From assembly GCA_965112735.1 (NCBI GenBank), contig OZ218964.1, positions 2,480,001-2,544,000 on the forward strand: a stretch of 64,000 nucleotides of DNA, given 5' to 3'. A model generated the notes under the pieces. That model did not search any database, was not told the DNA's origin, and saw only the letters and a list, made by a program, of their open reading frames with translations. A program made the translations under genes and the position numbers. This document shows, one piece after another, positions 47,438 through 64,000 of this stretch. Origin of the DNA: Phaeosaccion multiseriatum (Eukaryota; Protista; Ochrophyta, other classes). Numbering within the stretch: position 1 is the first letter of the stretch; the number at the start of each line of letters is the position of its first letter.

Positions 47438-48562
47438 CCTTCAGCCCGCAGGGATCTGAGGCACCCCCTACTTGTGTGGGTTTCGTGGCCGTCCAGGGTG
47501 ACCCGGTCGTGACCGGCCTCAAGGGTCAAAGCTTTCTCTTCAAGGGCCTTCACGCCGTGTGGTTCGCCGCCCTTGCCGAGCGGCACCTGCAGTGGAATTG
47601 GCTCCTCCATTTCTTCGAGGAGTGCGAGGATGGCCTCATGCCGGTGAGTGACTGCGAGGGTCTAGGCCTCTTGCATCTTCTCACTGTAGCGCGAAGAGGT
47701 TCGCGTTCGCCTCGCTACACGCGATGAGGTCTTTTGCTGACTTTGGGCACCGGCTCGCCTCTCCTTGCTGCATCTGCTCTGCCCGCGGCCTCTCCCCGCC
47801 CAGACGTACGTAACGAGGCATGCGTTTGCCCTGTTCTCGGAGGACGGTCTGGCGGAGTACGAGATCGAAGTTGGCGTGAAGGATGTTACGAAATACAACC
47901 CCGGATGCCCGGCCGGCGAGGGCGACACGTGTCTCGGCGAGGGCTCCCTCGAGATGGTCCTGAATGGCCAGACAATCACCAGCCCTGGCGAGTACGAGCT
48001 CGAGGAAGGCGCCGCGGTGAGGGCTTTCAACAATGTTGGATCCTGCCAGATCAGGAGGGATATGCACATGATGCAGCGCCTGAAGAAGGAGGAGGACGAG
48101 CTCCTTGCCTCATCGCGACGTAGGCTCGACGGCGAAGACTGGGAGGCCAGCGCCGACCTTCGTGCGCTGGATGTGCTGCAGGCTCGTCTCTACGCGATGG
48201 AGGACATCGAAGCGTGCTCCGCCTGGATCGCCGAGAAGCGTACTGACCGTGACCTCTTCGACTCCCCCGGCAGCTGGGCCTCCGTGTACATCACCACATC
48301 TACCTACGCTTTCCAGATCGACTACCGCCAGGAGACCGAGCGCTGCCACGCCCACGTGGTGGACGCCACCATGATGCTCTCCCCCAACGACGAAGGCGTG
48401 GAGGCGTGGAGCGGGGTGCTCGGCGAGACGCAGACCCTCAAGCTCGACCCCGCCACTGGCCAGGCCCTCAAGGGGCGCGACGCCATCCTGAACTCTGTGC
48501 ACGACGAGGATTACGTTGTGGATGGGCCTTGGGGCACTGTTTTCCCCGCGCGCCTATCGTAA
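46909..48562 (+). CDS. Gene C: secreted-type protein with a small Cys-rich N-terminus and a GDP-motif (VWD/root-cap-like) domain; no in-frame ATG found
   Basis: Exons ~46909-47007, 47174-47217, 47445-47643 and 47804-48562 splice in frame: LLSFLCLAASYLLQTSTFATGA-QVFCPGPFACG-GSTFASGTCCDGVFC-PQGSEAPPTC..QGDPVVTGLKGQSFLFKG..WF..GVLGET..EDYVVDGPWGT.F. Confidence 0.7.
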
Positions 48563-49222
48563 GTGGAAAAGCGTTGCGGAGTGGGCAGGTGGTGGGCGTT
48601 TATCGTTATGATGTACTTCGTAGTAGAAGATAGTTGGTCGGTGTGGGGCCTCCTCTGCCCGGACTGGTGAGAGTGTGGCGGGTGCTTCCGCTCAATGAAG
48701 AGGGGGAGGCAGAGGGGGGCACGTTTCTCGACTCAAAACGTTGTGGTACAAGGCAGAGGTGGAAAGGCTCCCTTGTGTGTAGGATTAAAAGGATGGAAGG
48801 AGGTTGTTGGCTTTTTCCCAACTTATTAATTTAGTTCGCTTTTCCCTCCACAGTGCAAAGCGAGTGAGTGAGTGAGTGAGTGAGTGAGTGAGTGAGTGAG
48901 CAAGATGACACTGTGGCAGTCTGTGTCTCGGCTTATTGAAGTGCAGCTTGTGCGGTAGGGGGTTTGTTGCCGTGGCGAGGTGTGCTACACACAACAGCTT
49001 GGCGGGCAAGGCACTCAGGCACGGCAGCGCATGACGCAGCCGCCCCCCCCAAGCTCCTCCCTTCCGCCTGGTGTGCTCGGAAAGCGGCCCTCTTCCTTGG
49101 CTCTTGTTCCTCTCACAAAGTATATTTAGAGGTGTATGGGTGATGCAGGGTGGTCGAGACAATCAAAGACAAGCGCCCCACCCTACCCACTTAAGGTTGG
49201 GTATCACATCGCCCAAGGACGA

Positions 49223-53484
<4,262 letters not shown>

Positions 53485-54049
53485 GGTGGCTCAGCCAGCT
53501 TGGGCCTGGGTCGCTGGGCCTCCGTGTGTACCTCAATTCATGACACGGCCTCTTCCTCACTCCCACCTGGCCTCGGTAGCAGCCCTATCCTACGGTCAAC
53601 GAGGCGTACCCACAGGAAAGCTGCTTCACGAAGCTCCACTCCCCTCCCACAAACTCAGAAAAGTTTCAGTGGCCCCGCCCATGTAACCGTCAAAACATCC
53701 TCCAAGCCCAAGTGCCAGAGGCCGCAACAGAAACAACCCTAGAGAAAGGAGCAGCACCAAAAGAGCTCTTGCCAAGGTGGAGTGTAGCAGGATTGGGGTC
53801 CCCTGTCCACAGAGGCCAGCGGCCGCCAAAGAAGAGAGACACATCGGGGAGGAGGCGAGCAGCATGTCTGGAGGAGCAGGAGGAGCAGCAGCCGCAGCTG
53901 CCGAGTCAGCCCATTCCTGATGGGCCCAGTGCAATTATCGTCAGAGGAGAGCATTAGTTTAAGCTCCTGAGGGAGGCTTCGCGGCGCCAGGCAAAGAAGG
54001 CAGCGACGTCCATCAAAACGAGGGCAAAGGGGTCGTAGGGGAGGGCATT

Positions 54050-56180
54050 ATGGAGAACACTGACAGCGCCGAGCTGCTGGCTCTGCAACGGATCGACGAG
54101 ACATGCATGCAGCTGCAGCAGCAGGGAAACTACCTGGAGGCCCTCGAGTGCATGGAGAGGGGCCTGGTTCTGCGGCAGCACTTCTTTGGAGGGAATAGCG
54201 ACGAGGTGCGCGCTACTCTACTGTTCTGGTGACACCACCACTGCTGCACATGTCTCAGGCGTGCATGGGTTGGCTCGTGCCCTTTGCACCCCTCTAGACG
54301 TGTCTTCCTTCAGTCATGGTCCACACTTGTGCACCGCTCCCTCGCATTCCTCCTCCTCATTATTGGCGTGGTCTCCACCCTCCCTCGTTCTATTGCTTGA
54401 TCCTCGTCAATATCAATTACGACCTTGTAGGTGTGGCGGGCGTGCAAAACAGTGGGCGAGATGTGCAACCTGTTGGCCATGACGTACCTGCAGCAGGAGG
54501 ACTTCGCCATGGTGCTAGAGCTGCTCAAGAAGGCCGAAATCCTCACCGAGAGGGACGAGGCCGGGAGGGCGGTGACTTTCAACAACCTCGCCTGCTACTA
54601 CCGACGCCAGGCAAGCAGTGATAACCCTAACCCTGACCCTGACCCTGACCCTTCTCCCTACTCCACGCAAGCAACGCAAGCTTGCTTGGGCTTGGGGGCT
54701 TGGACTTTGCACACAGAACAGTCTAGCAACAGTCCAGCAGCAGTCTAGCAACAGTCCAGCAGTAGTCTAGCAACAGTGCAGAAGCAGTCTAGCAACAGTC
54801 CAGCAGCAGTCTAGCAACAGTCCAGCAGCAGTCTAGCAGGAGTCTGCGCGCGCCTGCCCCCCCCCCCCCTGTCTCTCTGGCCTCTCTCCTCGTGTCTCTT
54901 TGTGAAGAGCTGTGTCAGGGCTGGGCGGTGGGCTCGGACGCCGCCTTGGCCCTCGCCTGCGTGCTGTGCATCTGCTTTCGTCACCGTAATCTCCATACCT
55001 CTCCCCTCCCTCCCATCTGCTGATCCACCCACAGCTCCTCCAATAGTGTAATACGCTAACAGCAGAACAAAACCCGCACTGACACATCCCCCCCCTCCCT
55101 TTTACCTTTGTTGCCCTTCCCGACAGGGTAAGCTCCATGCGGCTCTTCAGTACCTGCAGAAGGCCTTGAAGATCGAGGCCAAGCTCGGTAACCGAGTGGA
55201 GAACCCCGCAGACACACACCTCAACACCTGTGCCGTGCTGAGTCAGTTGGGGCGGCACCAAAGTGCGCTCGAGCACGCCCAGAGCGCTCTCATTCTTCTA
55301 CAGGAAGAGCTCTTTGGCAGACCGTATGAGGACAGGCAGGCAAGGGGAGGAGGAGGAGGAGGAGGAGGAGGAGGAGGAGGAGGAGGAGGAGGAGGAGGAG
55401 GAGGAGGAGGGGGCGGAGCAGGGGGAGGAGCAGGAGGAGGAGGAGTGGAGGCGGGGCCGAGGGCGGATCGGGTGGCGGTGCTTGCCATTGCGTATCACAA
55501 CATGGGCGTGGAGCAAGAGTTCTTGAAGAAGTTCGAGCTTTCTCTGCAGAGCTATCGCAAGGGCGTGGACGTCGCGCAGAAGTACCTCGGCGGCACGCAT
55601 GCAGGTATGTGTGTGCGTGCGTGGGGTGTCTCCCCCAGGGGGTAAAAGAGGTTTCCGCTTCGGCTGGCTTGGTAGGCTTCTCCCGGGAAGGGTATTGCGA
55701 CACGTACCGGCTTGCGCTACTCCTCGCCAAGCCTTTGGTCGCACCCCTCTCGTCCCTATCGCCCCCCTCTCCCTGCTCACCACGTCACCCCCTGCTTGTC
55801 CTACCTACCGCCCTCGTGGCTTGTCCAGTGACCATCACGCTGCGCAACTCGACCGTGGCCGCGCGCAGAGCCATCGCGGCGAGGGATGGAAAGATCCGAT
55901 CGCAGCTGTCCGGCCTCAGTAGTAAGCAAAGAGGTGAGCTTGTATGTTGGCAAAGGCAAAGGTGTGGGCAAGAAGGTTAGAGGTGGTGAGGGAGGGGAGG
56001 CTTGAAGGCGTGCCGGAGGGAGTGGGGAGGGCTCCTTGAGTCCCACCGAGCGGAGCCGTACACCCGACTTGCAAGACTCTTCTTGCATGCCTTCCTGGCA
56101 CCTGGCCCTTGCGCGTCCTGACACTTTGCCCTCACACTTGGCATTTGCAAGTCCTGACACCCTCTGCTCCTGTTTCTGGC

Positions 56181-56211
<31 letters not shown>

Positions 56212-56892
56212 TGTGTGTTTGTGTGTGTGTGCGTGTACGTGCGTTTGCGTGTGTGCTTGTACGTGTGGTGAGCAGGAGCGAAATCGCTAGGCAAGAACGG
56301 CTCCACCCACCACCACCGCCCACACCAACAGCAGGGGCAGCACCGAATCGGCATAGGCTCGTCAGGGACGGCAGGAGGAGGAGGGGCGGGAGGAGCACAC
56401 GGCCATGAAGGCACCCAAGGGTCAGGGCCAGAGTCAGGGTCAGGGTATGAGATGCGGAGGGCATCAGTCCACAGCCCGCGCAGGCATGAGCGTGACGAGG
56501 GAGGGGGCCGGAGGGGCCCTGGTGTCGCGGTGGATGACGAGGATGGGATGCATGGGATGGCAGCGGACGGTGAGGGGGAGGAGGAAGAGGAGGATGACGG
56601 GAGGATGGATCGGATGGCAGCGGATCTGCAGGACAAGGTGCGGGCAGCGCAGTCTCCAGCACCGCCTCGGCGGGGCTCTTCTCGGTCACAGTTGGCGGCG
56701 GATGTAAACATGGCGGAGCTTATGAGTCCCAGGCCGGATACAGACATGGAGGGTCCTGCTCTCGAGCAAGCCTTGGCACCTCCCCACGGGGGCGAGGGGG
56801 AGGGGGAGGGTCAGGGGGTGGACTTCTCCGCAGAGGAGGAGGCGCTGATGCGGGGGGAGGAGGGGGTGCAGGGGGAGGCCGTGGCAGGCTGA
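54050..56892 (+). CDS. TPR-repeat protein (kinesin-light-chain-like TPRs), 5 exons, one GC-AG intron
   Basis: Exons 54050-54205, 54431-54610, 55127-55604, 55829-55933 and 56276-56892. Motifs are TFNNLACYYRRQGKLHAALQYLQKAL, THLNTCAVLSQLGRH and AIAYHNMGVEQEFL. Confidence 0.9.
54622..54840. repeat. Intronic telomere-like (TAACCC)2(TGACCC)3 plus an 11/22-bp tandem array CAGTCTAGCAA-CAGTCCAGCAG x~5.5
   Basis: Directly visible in intron 2 of the TPR gene. Confidence 0.85.
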
Positions 56893-57267
56893 GACTGAGA
56901 TGATGATAGCCAAGTAGCGAAGTAGGGGTCGGGTGTAGTGTTGTGTGGGAGGGGGGTCGGAACAAGTCGGGGAGCGACGACGGGGGCAGTACCCCTCCTT
57001 CCTGCGTGGCCAGTCGCTCGGATTATATACGACAGTCAGTCAGTTGCTATAAATTACTACGAAGTATGAACCATGTCAGCTTTTATTGAGCTTCTGTATT
57101 CTTCGTAAAGACAGACGGAAAAGGTTTTCATTCAATGTTGTGCCATTTGTGAAGCAACACGAGCCCTTCTTTTCAAACGGCAAGCTGCCTTTAGCAATAA
57201 GGCTAAAAAGGCTAGCTAGCCAGGCCCAACAGAGAAACCAAAGACTCGTCGGTGGCAGCGGTGGCAA

Positions 57268-58155
57268 TGGATGACAAGGGCAAGAAGAACGACCCCATGA
57301 GCGTGGATGACCTCCGGGTGCAGGCGCCGAGTCGAGCGGGAGAAAGTCAGCTCGGAGGTGGAGCCGTTGGGCCGCAGGAGGCGGGCGAACAAGCGCAGCA
57401 TGCACAGCCACAGCCGCAGCAGCCACAGGAGCAACAGCAGCCGCAACAGGAACCACAGCCGCCGGAGCACCTACCTCAACCAGTCGAGCCGCGTGTGGAA
57501 GTCTCGCCTACCATGAGAGGAAGCGACATGGGCTTTCCCGCGGCAGGGCGCGGGATGGGATTTTCAGCCCAACAGGCACCTATCCAGAGTACCGTCATGC
57601 CAGCACACTTTAGGTTTCCTATAGTTACAACTGAGCGGGTGCCTGACTCGCCCGCGATAACTTCAATCACCATCGCCGAGCCGGGAGCCGAAAATACCGG
57701 CCTCCCCAGATGCTCCACAGCACATCAAGACTTGCAAGCCTTGGCAGCCTCACCCTCCGGCACAGGCAGCGCTCATCAAGGCAGCGATGGGACTACACCT
57801 CCGACTCAACCCACCTCCGCCGCCAATGTGCTCCCTGCTTTCCCCGAAGGGCCGCCTTCTGGGGTGGGAGGCGAAGCTACTGCCAGCGGAGAAGCGGACA
57901 GACAACGCCTGAGTGTGGCACAGGAAGTAAAGGGACTAGACGGGAGTGTGGCTGGCGGTCAAGACGAAGAGAAGCTCGGGGCGGCCACAGCCCCCCCGTC
58001 TCAGCGGCTGCTCAAGCCTGCCAGCAGCAAGAGCAGCAGCGGAGAAGCGAAGGGACAAGACGGGGGCGTTGCTGGCGGTGAAGACAAAGGGAAGCTCGTG
58101 GCGGGCAAGGGATCTACGCCTCAGCGGGGGCTCGGGCTTGCCAGCAGCAGCAACC

Positions 58156-58189
<34 letters not shown>

Positions 58190-58838
58190 CAGTAGCAGCA
58201 GCAGGAGCGTAGAAGCGAAGGTACAAATCGGAGGTGTTGGCGGTAGACAGGGTGGGTTCAGCGACGTGCTGATGCTCCGGATGCCCAACGCAAACGAGAT
58301 GGAGCTGGAGCACAACGACGGGCAGCCTCAGCCGCTCAGCGCGTTGCCTCCTGTCCCATCTCCGCCCTCGCAGCAGGAAACGGTCCACCCCCCTTCCTCC
58401 ACCGTGCCGCTTCATCCGGAGGTCAGCAGCCAAGAGCCCTACCCGCCCAAGACGCCGAAGAACTCGCCCAATTCGTCACCAAGGAAGCCTCCTCCGCCCC
58501 AGGAAGGCGCAAAGGAAAGTACCAAGGATCAGGACGGCAGTAGCGTGTTGGAGAAGGCTCTGGGGGCCCTCAGTAGAGGAAGTGCGCAGCAGGAGGAGGA
58601 GGCCGACATCGCCATGGGCAGCGACAACGACAGCGCTACCGCAGCACCCAGCGAGAGGGGGGCAACTTCTTCAAGCCTCCTGTCGGACATGTCGGGGTGT
58701 ATGGGCATGGAGCTCGAACGTGGCGCCGCAAAGACAGAGGAGGTGCAGCCAGCGCAGCAAGCGCGGCAAGCGGAGGAGCGTGACGACTCTGACCACGAGC
58801 CCTTCCGGAAGAAGAGCAAGATGGAGGAAGATCTGTAG
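57268..58838 (+). CDS. Intronless, probably disordered hypothetical protein (about 520 aa)
   Basis: Long open frame after an AT-richer region with TATAAA at about 57048. It contains the internal repeats EVKGLDGSVAGGQDEEKL / EAKGQDGGVAGGEDKGKL but no recognisable domain. Confidence 0.55.
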
Positions 58839-61147
58839 GCAGCGGGGGGCGGGGAAGAGGGCAAGTGAGGAAGCGGCGGTCATTCCGTGGTCGCTTCTTC
58901 AACAAGCTGGAAACGATCAAGGCGCAGCGCACAGCACGATCGGCCGCCTGAGGCAAGACTTGCGGTCAGCCAGCCAGCCAGCCAGGATGATGATATGGCG
59001 CAGGTCACGGACATGAAAGGCACGATACGCTCAGGAGCCCGGAGGGAGCCGTCCGGGCTGTCTCGCAGGGCCTCCTGACTTCTGAGCGGAGGCGAGACTC
59101 AAGTCGGGACGGACCCAAGTCCGAAGGTGCTGTTGTGACGTACGTCTTATCGGTGTCGGAGCTTCATATACACGGGCACGGGCACGCTAAAGGGGCATAG
59201 CAGATACATTGGCGGCTTGATGCACTTTTCTCAGCGGGGGAGGGGGGGGGGGGGTAGGGAGGGAGGGAGGGAGGGAGGGAGGGAGGGAGGGAGGGAGGGA
59301 GGGGGGGAGGGAGGGAGGGAGGGAGGATCGTCGCTTGCTGCTTTGGCTTGGCGAGCTGCGAGACGTGATATTGTAGAGTAGAGGAAGGACGAAAGATTTG
59401 GGGGGCTGGGCCGACTCTCGCAAACAAAGCGACAGAGATGCACTCCGTGGTAGACAGGCAGGCTCTATCCGGTGGGAGGGCCCAATACATACATATCCTG
59501 CTGCCTGGAGCTTCGCCCGAGCGGGCCTGTCATGCCATCGCTTGCCGTCATCTTCAGGGGCGCGTTTTTCCTTTCCTATCACTGTGTGTACTATGATACA
59601 AACAACGAGCGCCACCGACGCGATTCAGAGAGAGCCCTTTTTTCGATCGCTGACTTACGGGGGGGACCAACCGTTTGAAAATGATGAAAGCTCTGAGCTA
59701 CCACACACCATAGCTAACGACCAAGGAAAGAGTCCATAGCTTACGACCAAGTTAGGCCCGACAACATCATGGCACAGCTGCCCGTGTTTGCAATGGAAGT
59801 CGGGCAAGGAGAGACCTGGGGGGGGGCTGAGGGACAAGAGGTAAGCGCCGCCGCTGAGGGGTTCGGGTTCCTTCCTCCTCCCTACCTACCTCAGCACTGC
59901 CTGATTATGAAATGAATCTCCAGTCCCCAGAAGAGACCAAGCAATGCTCACAGCTCTCGCACGCGGTAGCCGCCAATCTCCCTCTGCCGGTGAGTGAGAG
60001 ACAGAGTCTGGGGGCTCTCCTCCCCAATGCATGGATAGGCTTCGACTGAGATGCGCTCGTGCTCGCCTTGCTCCCATCAGCAAGCTTTTGCTGGCCCCAG
60101 CCGCTCCCTGGACTCTTTCTTCGTCTCGGCGTCTCGTGCGTGGAGGGTGGGGATATCAGCACAGGCCGCCGCGCACCAGTATCAGGCTCCTGTATGTGGT
60201 CAGGAAGAGGAGAATGAGGGGGGAGGAGCAGTAGCCACGACAGTAGGAGTAGGAGGAGGAGGGGGAGGAGGAGAAGGAGGAGGGAGAGGAGGGAGGGGGG
60301 GGTCAGAGAAACTGGAGGTTCATCCCAGGAGCATGGCTATGCCAGTGCCATCGAGGTTGCCTCCCAATACTCTGGCTCCTTCGTATGGGCACCAGCAGGT
60401 CTTGAGCGCTTATCAGCAGATACAGCTCGTGGGGAATGAGTATGCTGACCTTGCCCAGCGGGAGGCAGAGGACGAGGAGGTGACCGAGGAGAAGGAGGAA
60501 GATAGAGGAGGAAGACCGTGGTGCCCCCCAGACTGCTGCTGCTGCTGCTGCTTCGTCTCTTGAGTGGCGGCACTTTGCGGATGGACGGAAGCCCCCCCTC
60601 GAACGCAATCCCGCTACGCACGAACCGGGCACCTGGCACCCGGCGGGAGGTAGCGTCGGGTGCACCAGCACGCACACAGCTGGCGGGAGGCTCGGATGCT
60701 GGTGGAGCGGCGCTTCGAAGCTGCGTGTCATTCGTCGGGATGGAGCAGCTTAGTGCACATACAGGACGGATTGAAATAAGCACAGAGGAGGGCGCCTGCT
60801 TCAGCTTCGGCGAACACATTTGGTGCTGCTGGACGCGACACATTCGGTGCTGCTGGACACGACAGATTCGGTGGTGGTCCCTCAGGCTCCCACTGAGACG
60901 ATGCATACATGCCGTGCTAGTGTGATCACAGTATGAGCGCCGGTAGGAGTGCCAGTAGGAGTGCTGCTACACCCCATCAGACCAAGTGACGTGCACCGCC
61001 CAGAGGGGCTTTCCTTATTGAATCACAGCTGCTAGCTAGGTCTGCTCACAGAGCTCCCAGTCAAGAATCAGAGCAAGCTCTGCATACAGAAAGGTTAAGA
61101 GGCAAATTCTGAGGCCGTGCCAGCGTACTGCAGTGTACGGCCAGTGT

Positions 61148-61212
61148 ACGGCCGGTGTACCGGTAGTGTAACGGTAGTGTAACGGTAGTGTAACGGTAGT
61201 GTAACGGTAGTG
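61148..61212. repeat. 11-bp tandem repeat GTAGTGTAACG x~5
   Basis: Directly visible. A 21-bp x3 array also lies at about 60815-60875. Confidence 0.9.
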
Positions 61213-61667
61213 TGCGGGCAGAGGAAAGGCGCGTCGCTCCGCTCTGCTCCGCCATGGCGGGTTCCGCTTGAATTTACGGTAGCCTCGTGTGGACAGCCTA
61301 CCTCTCGTGCGGACGGGCTACCCCACCTACGGACTGACTGGCTACAGCTACTGCCCTCGGGTCGGACCGGTCACCACTCCTGTGGACTGGCTACAGCAGC
61401 CGCCCCTCGGGTGAACTCCATACACGAACGGGCCATCTCGAAGTCATCCTTCGTCTCCTTCTCCTCGCTCTCTCTCTCTCTCTTTGAGGTCCATGTCCTT
61501 CTCCTTGTTCGCTCTCTCTCTCTCTTTCTCTGAGGCCCTTCTCCTTGCTCTCTCTCTCCCTCTCTCTGTGAGGTTGGACCCCACCCCCTCTCCGTCATCT
61601 GCCCGCCCCCCCCGCCCCACCCCTGATGTGGTGTTCTCCGTCCGTCAATCGGATGCCTCCCTTCCTT

Positions 61668-62339
61668 TCAGCTCAGCTGGTCCAGCCCACTCAGCAGCTG
61701 CCCCAGGGCCCCTGACTGCTGCAGCCCTGCTCTGAGGAGCTGGCCTTGCTCCCGCCCCTGTTCAGAGCCCTCCTGGGTCAAGAGAGACAACAGCTGTTGC
61801 AGCACCGCAGCAGTGGACGTGGGCGTGTGCGTGGGCATTGAAGAGCCATTGCTGCCACTGCCACTGCCACTTTTGGTGATGGTGGGGGCTGTGGTGGTGG
61901 TGGTGGTGGTGGTGGTAGTGGCGGTGTTTGCCGCCTCTCCTGCTGTTCGTCGTCGAAGGGCAAGGGAGTGAGTGAGTGAGGCAAGGCAGCGCATGAATGA
62001 CGTGAGTCATGGTCCATTGCAAGGGCCGTGGGACGGCACAGCGGAAGCGAGTCAGGCCAATAAGCAAGTGAGTGCGTGGAAGGAGACAGACACAGAAGGG
62101 TAGAGGAGTCGATGGCAGCGGATGGCGGGGGTTGGGGGCAACGCTGGCACGGTTCGGGAGGGGAGCGAGGACGGAGGCTCAGACTAGCTGCCTCGCTCCA
62201 AGTTCGAGCGTCTCAGTGCCTTTGGGCAGTCGCGAATGATTCTCAGTCTTACCTTCGGTGATGGCCTCAGGCGCTGTGGTCATGATGGGTGAGATGGCAG
62301 CAGACGGAAGCAACACATTGGGCGGCTGCTGCATGACCA

Positions 62340-62371
<32 letters not shown>

Positions 62372-64000
62372 CCCTCTTGAGCACTACCTCCACCGCCAGC
62401 GTGGGGCTTGCCCAAGCTGACAGGCGCCACCACCATCCCTGACGAGGGCAGGCAGTAGCTCAAGCGCGGCCGCCGCTGCAGGGACCGCCGAACGAGGGCT
62501 TGCTCCAGCTGCAGTTGCTCCTGGATGCGCTGCTGCTGCTCTAGCTGTTGCCCGTATGACTGTTGCTGCTGCTGCTGCTGCTCCTGCTGTATCACCAACT
62601 GCTGCTGCTGCTGCTGCTCCTGCTGCTCCTGCTGTATCACCAACTGCTGCTGCTGCTGCTGTCGGAGGCCGCCGTCACCCAAGGAGGTGAAAGGGGTGGG
62701 CACTGGTGCCGCTGGTGCAGGGGCACCTGGTGTCAGGAAAGAGGAGAGGGGGTCGCCAGAGGCTCGGCGGATGGCGGCCAGGGCTTCATCTCCTTGTCCG
62801 CCGTCTGCTGCCATCTGCCCATTACCACCACCGCCTGCGCCCAAGTTGTGCGCTGCCGAGAAGGGGGAGGAGGAGGAGGAGAAGAGGGGGGGCTGGCCTG
62901 CTCCAAGGGGCAGCCCTGTTTCTCCATCCCCAGCTCCTGCCGACGACTCAACAGGGGCAGGGGCAGGAGCAGGGGCCGACAAGGACGAGCCGACCCTCCC
63001 CCTCCCCGCAGAGTGAGCCAAAGCAGCGGCCGACACCGCAGACACAGAGACTCTCTGCCTACGCGGACGCCCCCTCCCCCCTCCAATGGGCATGTCGTCC
63101 TGCCTCAGAGCCGCGGCGGCCTGCTTGCGCAGATGAGAGATGCTGCCTCCCGAGCCCCCGTTGGGATAGGAACCTGTGTGGATGGGGTGAGGCAGAGGCG
63201 TAGGGTTAGGGCAGGGTGGAGGCGTATGGGCAAGGCAGGGTGGAGGTATATGGGCAGGGCAGTGTAAGGGGTGCTATCGGCACTGAGAACGGGTGTGTGC
63301 CGCACATGTGCTCGGGGTGAGGGGCTTCAGTCGCAGGCCCTCTTCGCTCCTTGAGGCAACGGGGCAAAAGAAAACAGTCTTCCTCCCTCCCTCCCTCCCT
63401 CCCTGGGCCCCCCTGTGCCCCCCCCCCCCCCTCCCGAGCAGGCTGAGCAGCGCCCTGTTCCCTCCTCTCTCGACCGATTCGGTGTTGATGGCAAAGACCA
63501 ACACCAACCCTCTCTCCAACGAGCGCAAACTCCAACTCACCTCCAGGGCCTACTGACGAGGGCCTCTTCACCGCGAGCGACCCCGCGATACTCCGTCGAG
63601 AGGAAGCAACAGCCCCAGCAGCAGCAGCCGCCCCAGCAGCAGCAGAAGCGAGCGATCTTTTGGGCTGTGGCCGCTGGGCCGGTGAAGCGCCTTCGCTGCT
63701 CGGTATGGGAGCGGGAGGGCGCATGCTCTTTCGGGGGGCATGGGATCTTCTTGGCACCTTGGTTCTGTTGTCGTCGCCAGCACTCGCCTCTCCTCCTCCC
63801 CCCACCACCTTCACTGACATCTGAAGAGGGGCGCCCAATAGAGGTGGAGCCGCTGTTGGAGCCGAGGAGGAGAAGGGCGGGTTTCTGAGCTGTGGTTGCT
63901 GCACGTCTATGGAACATGCTCCGGCCAGCGCGGTGGCGAAGTCTTTGAGCAGCGAGTGGAGCTGTGCTGCTTCCTCTTTCGCTCTCTTGCGCTCTTCGTC
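61668..64000 (-). CDS. 3' part of a poly-Q/low-complexity protein gene entering from beyond the window
   Basis: Exon ~63100-62253 splices in frame to 61942-61668 (stop). The upstream exon ends at 63541, but its junction phase is unresolved. Confidence 0.55.

Overview
Eukaryotic, GC-rich, microsatellite-dense nuclear DNA with short GT-AG introns. It most likely comes from a photosynthetic stramenopile (ochrophyte) with a flagellated stage: two proteins have signal peptide + 'AF' plastid-targeting presequences, and CFAP97-like and TPR genes are present. I reconstructed about 17 genes by hand, several in tight head-to-head pairs: a UPF0390-like protein, PC4/Sub1, two ankyrin proteins, an FNIP-repeat protein, a probable thylakoid-lumen protein, a SET-domain protein, a large B-box-like protein, a CFAP97-like protein and a TPR protein. 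A decayed transposon block (about 29.8-35.4 kb) holds a pogo/Fot1-type DDE transposase with a downstream OTU-like protease region, plus a second element fragment. Two observations stand out. (1) In a secreted-protein cluster (35.5-48.6 kb), two convergent mucin-stalk genes share near-identical phase-0 exon+intron cassettes in inverted orientation, so recombination between them would swap their C-terminal domains in frame. (2) A 12-15 bp DNA word, CAG-TTGGTGATA-CAG, is dispersed through CAG/GCA tracts of unrelated genes in different frames and on both strands. All family assignments come from motif recognition, not database searches.
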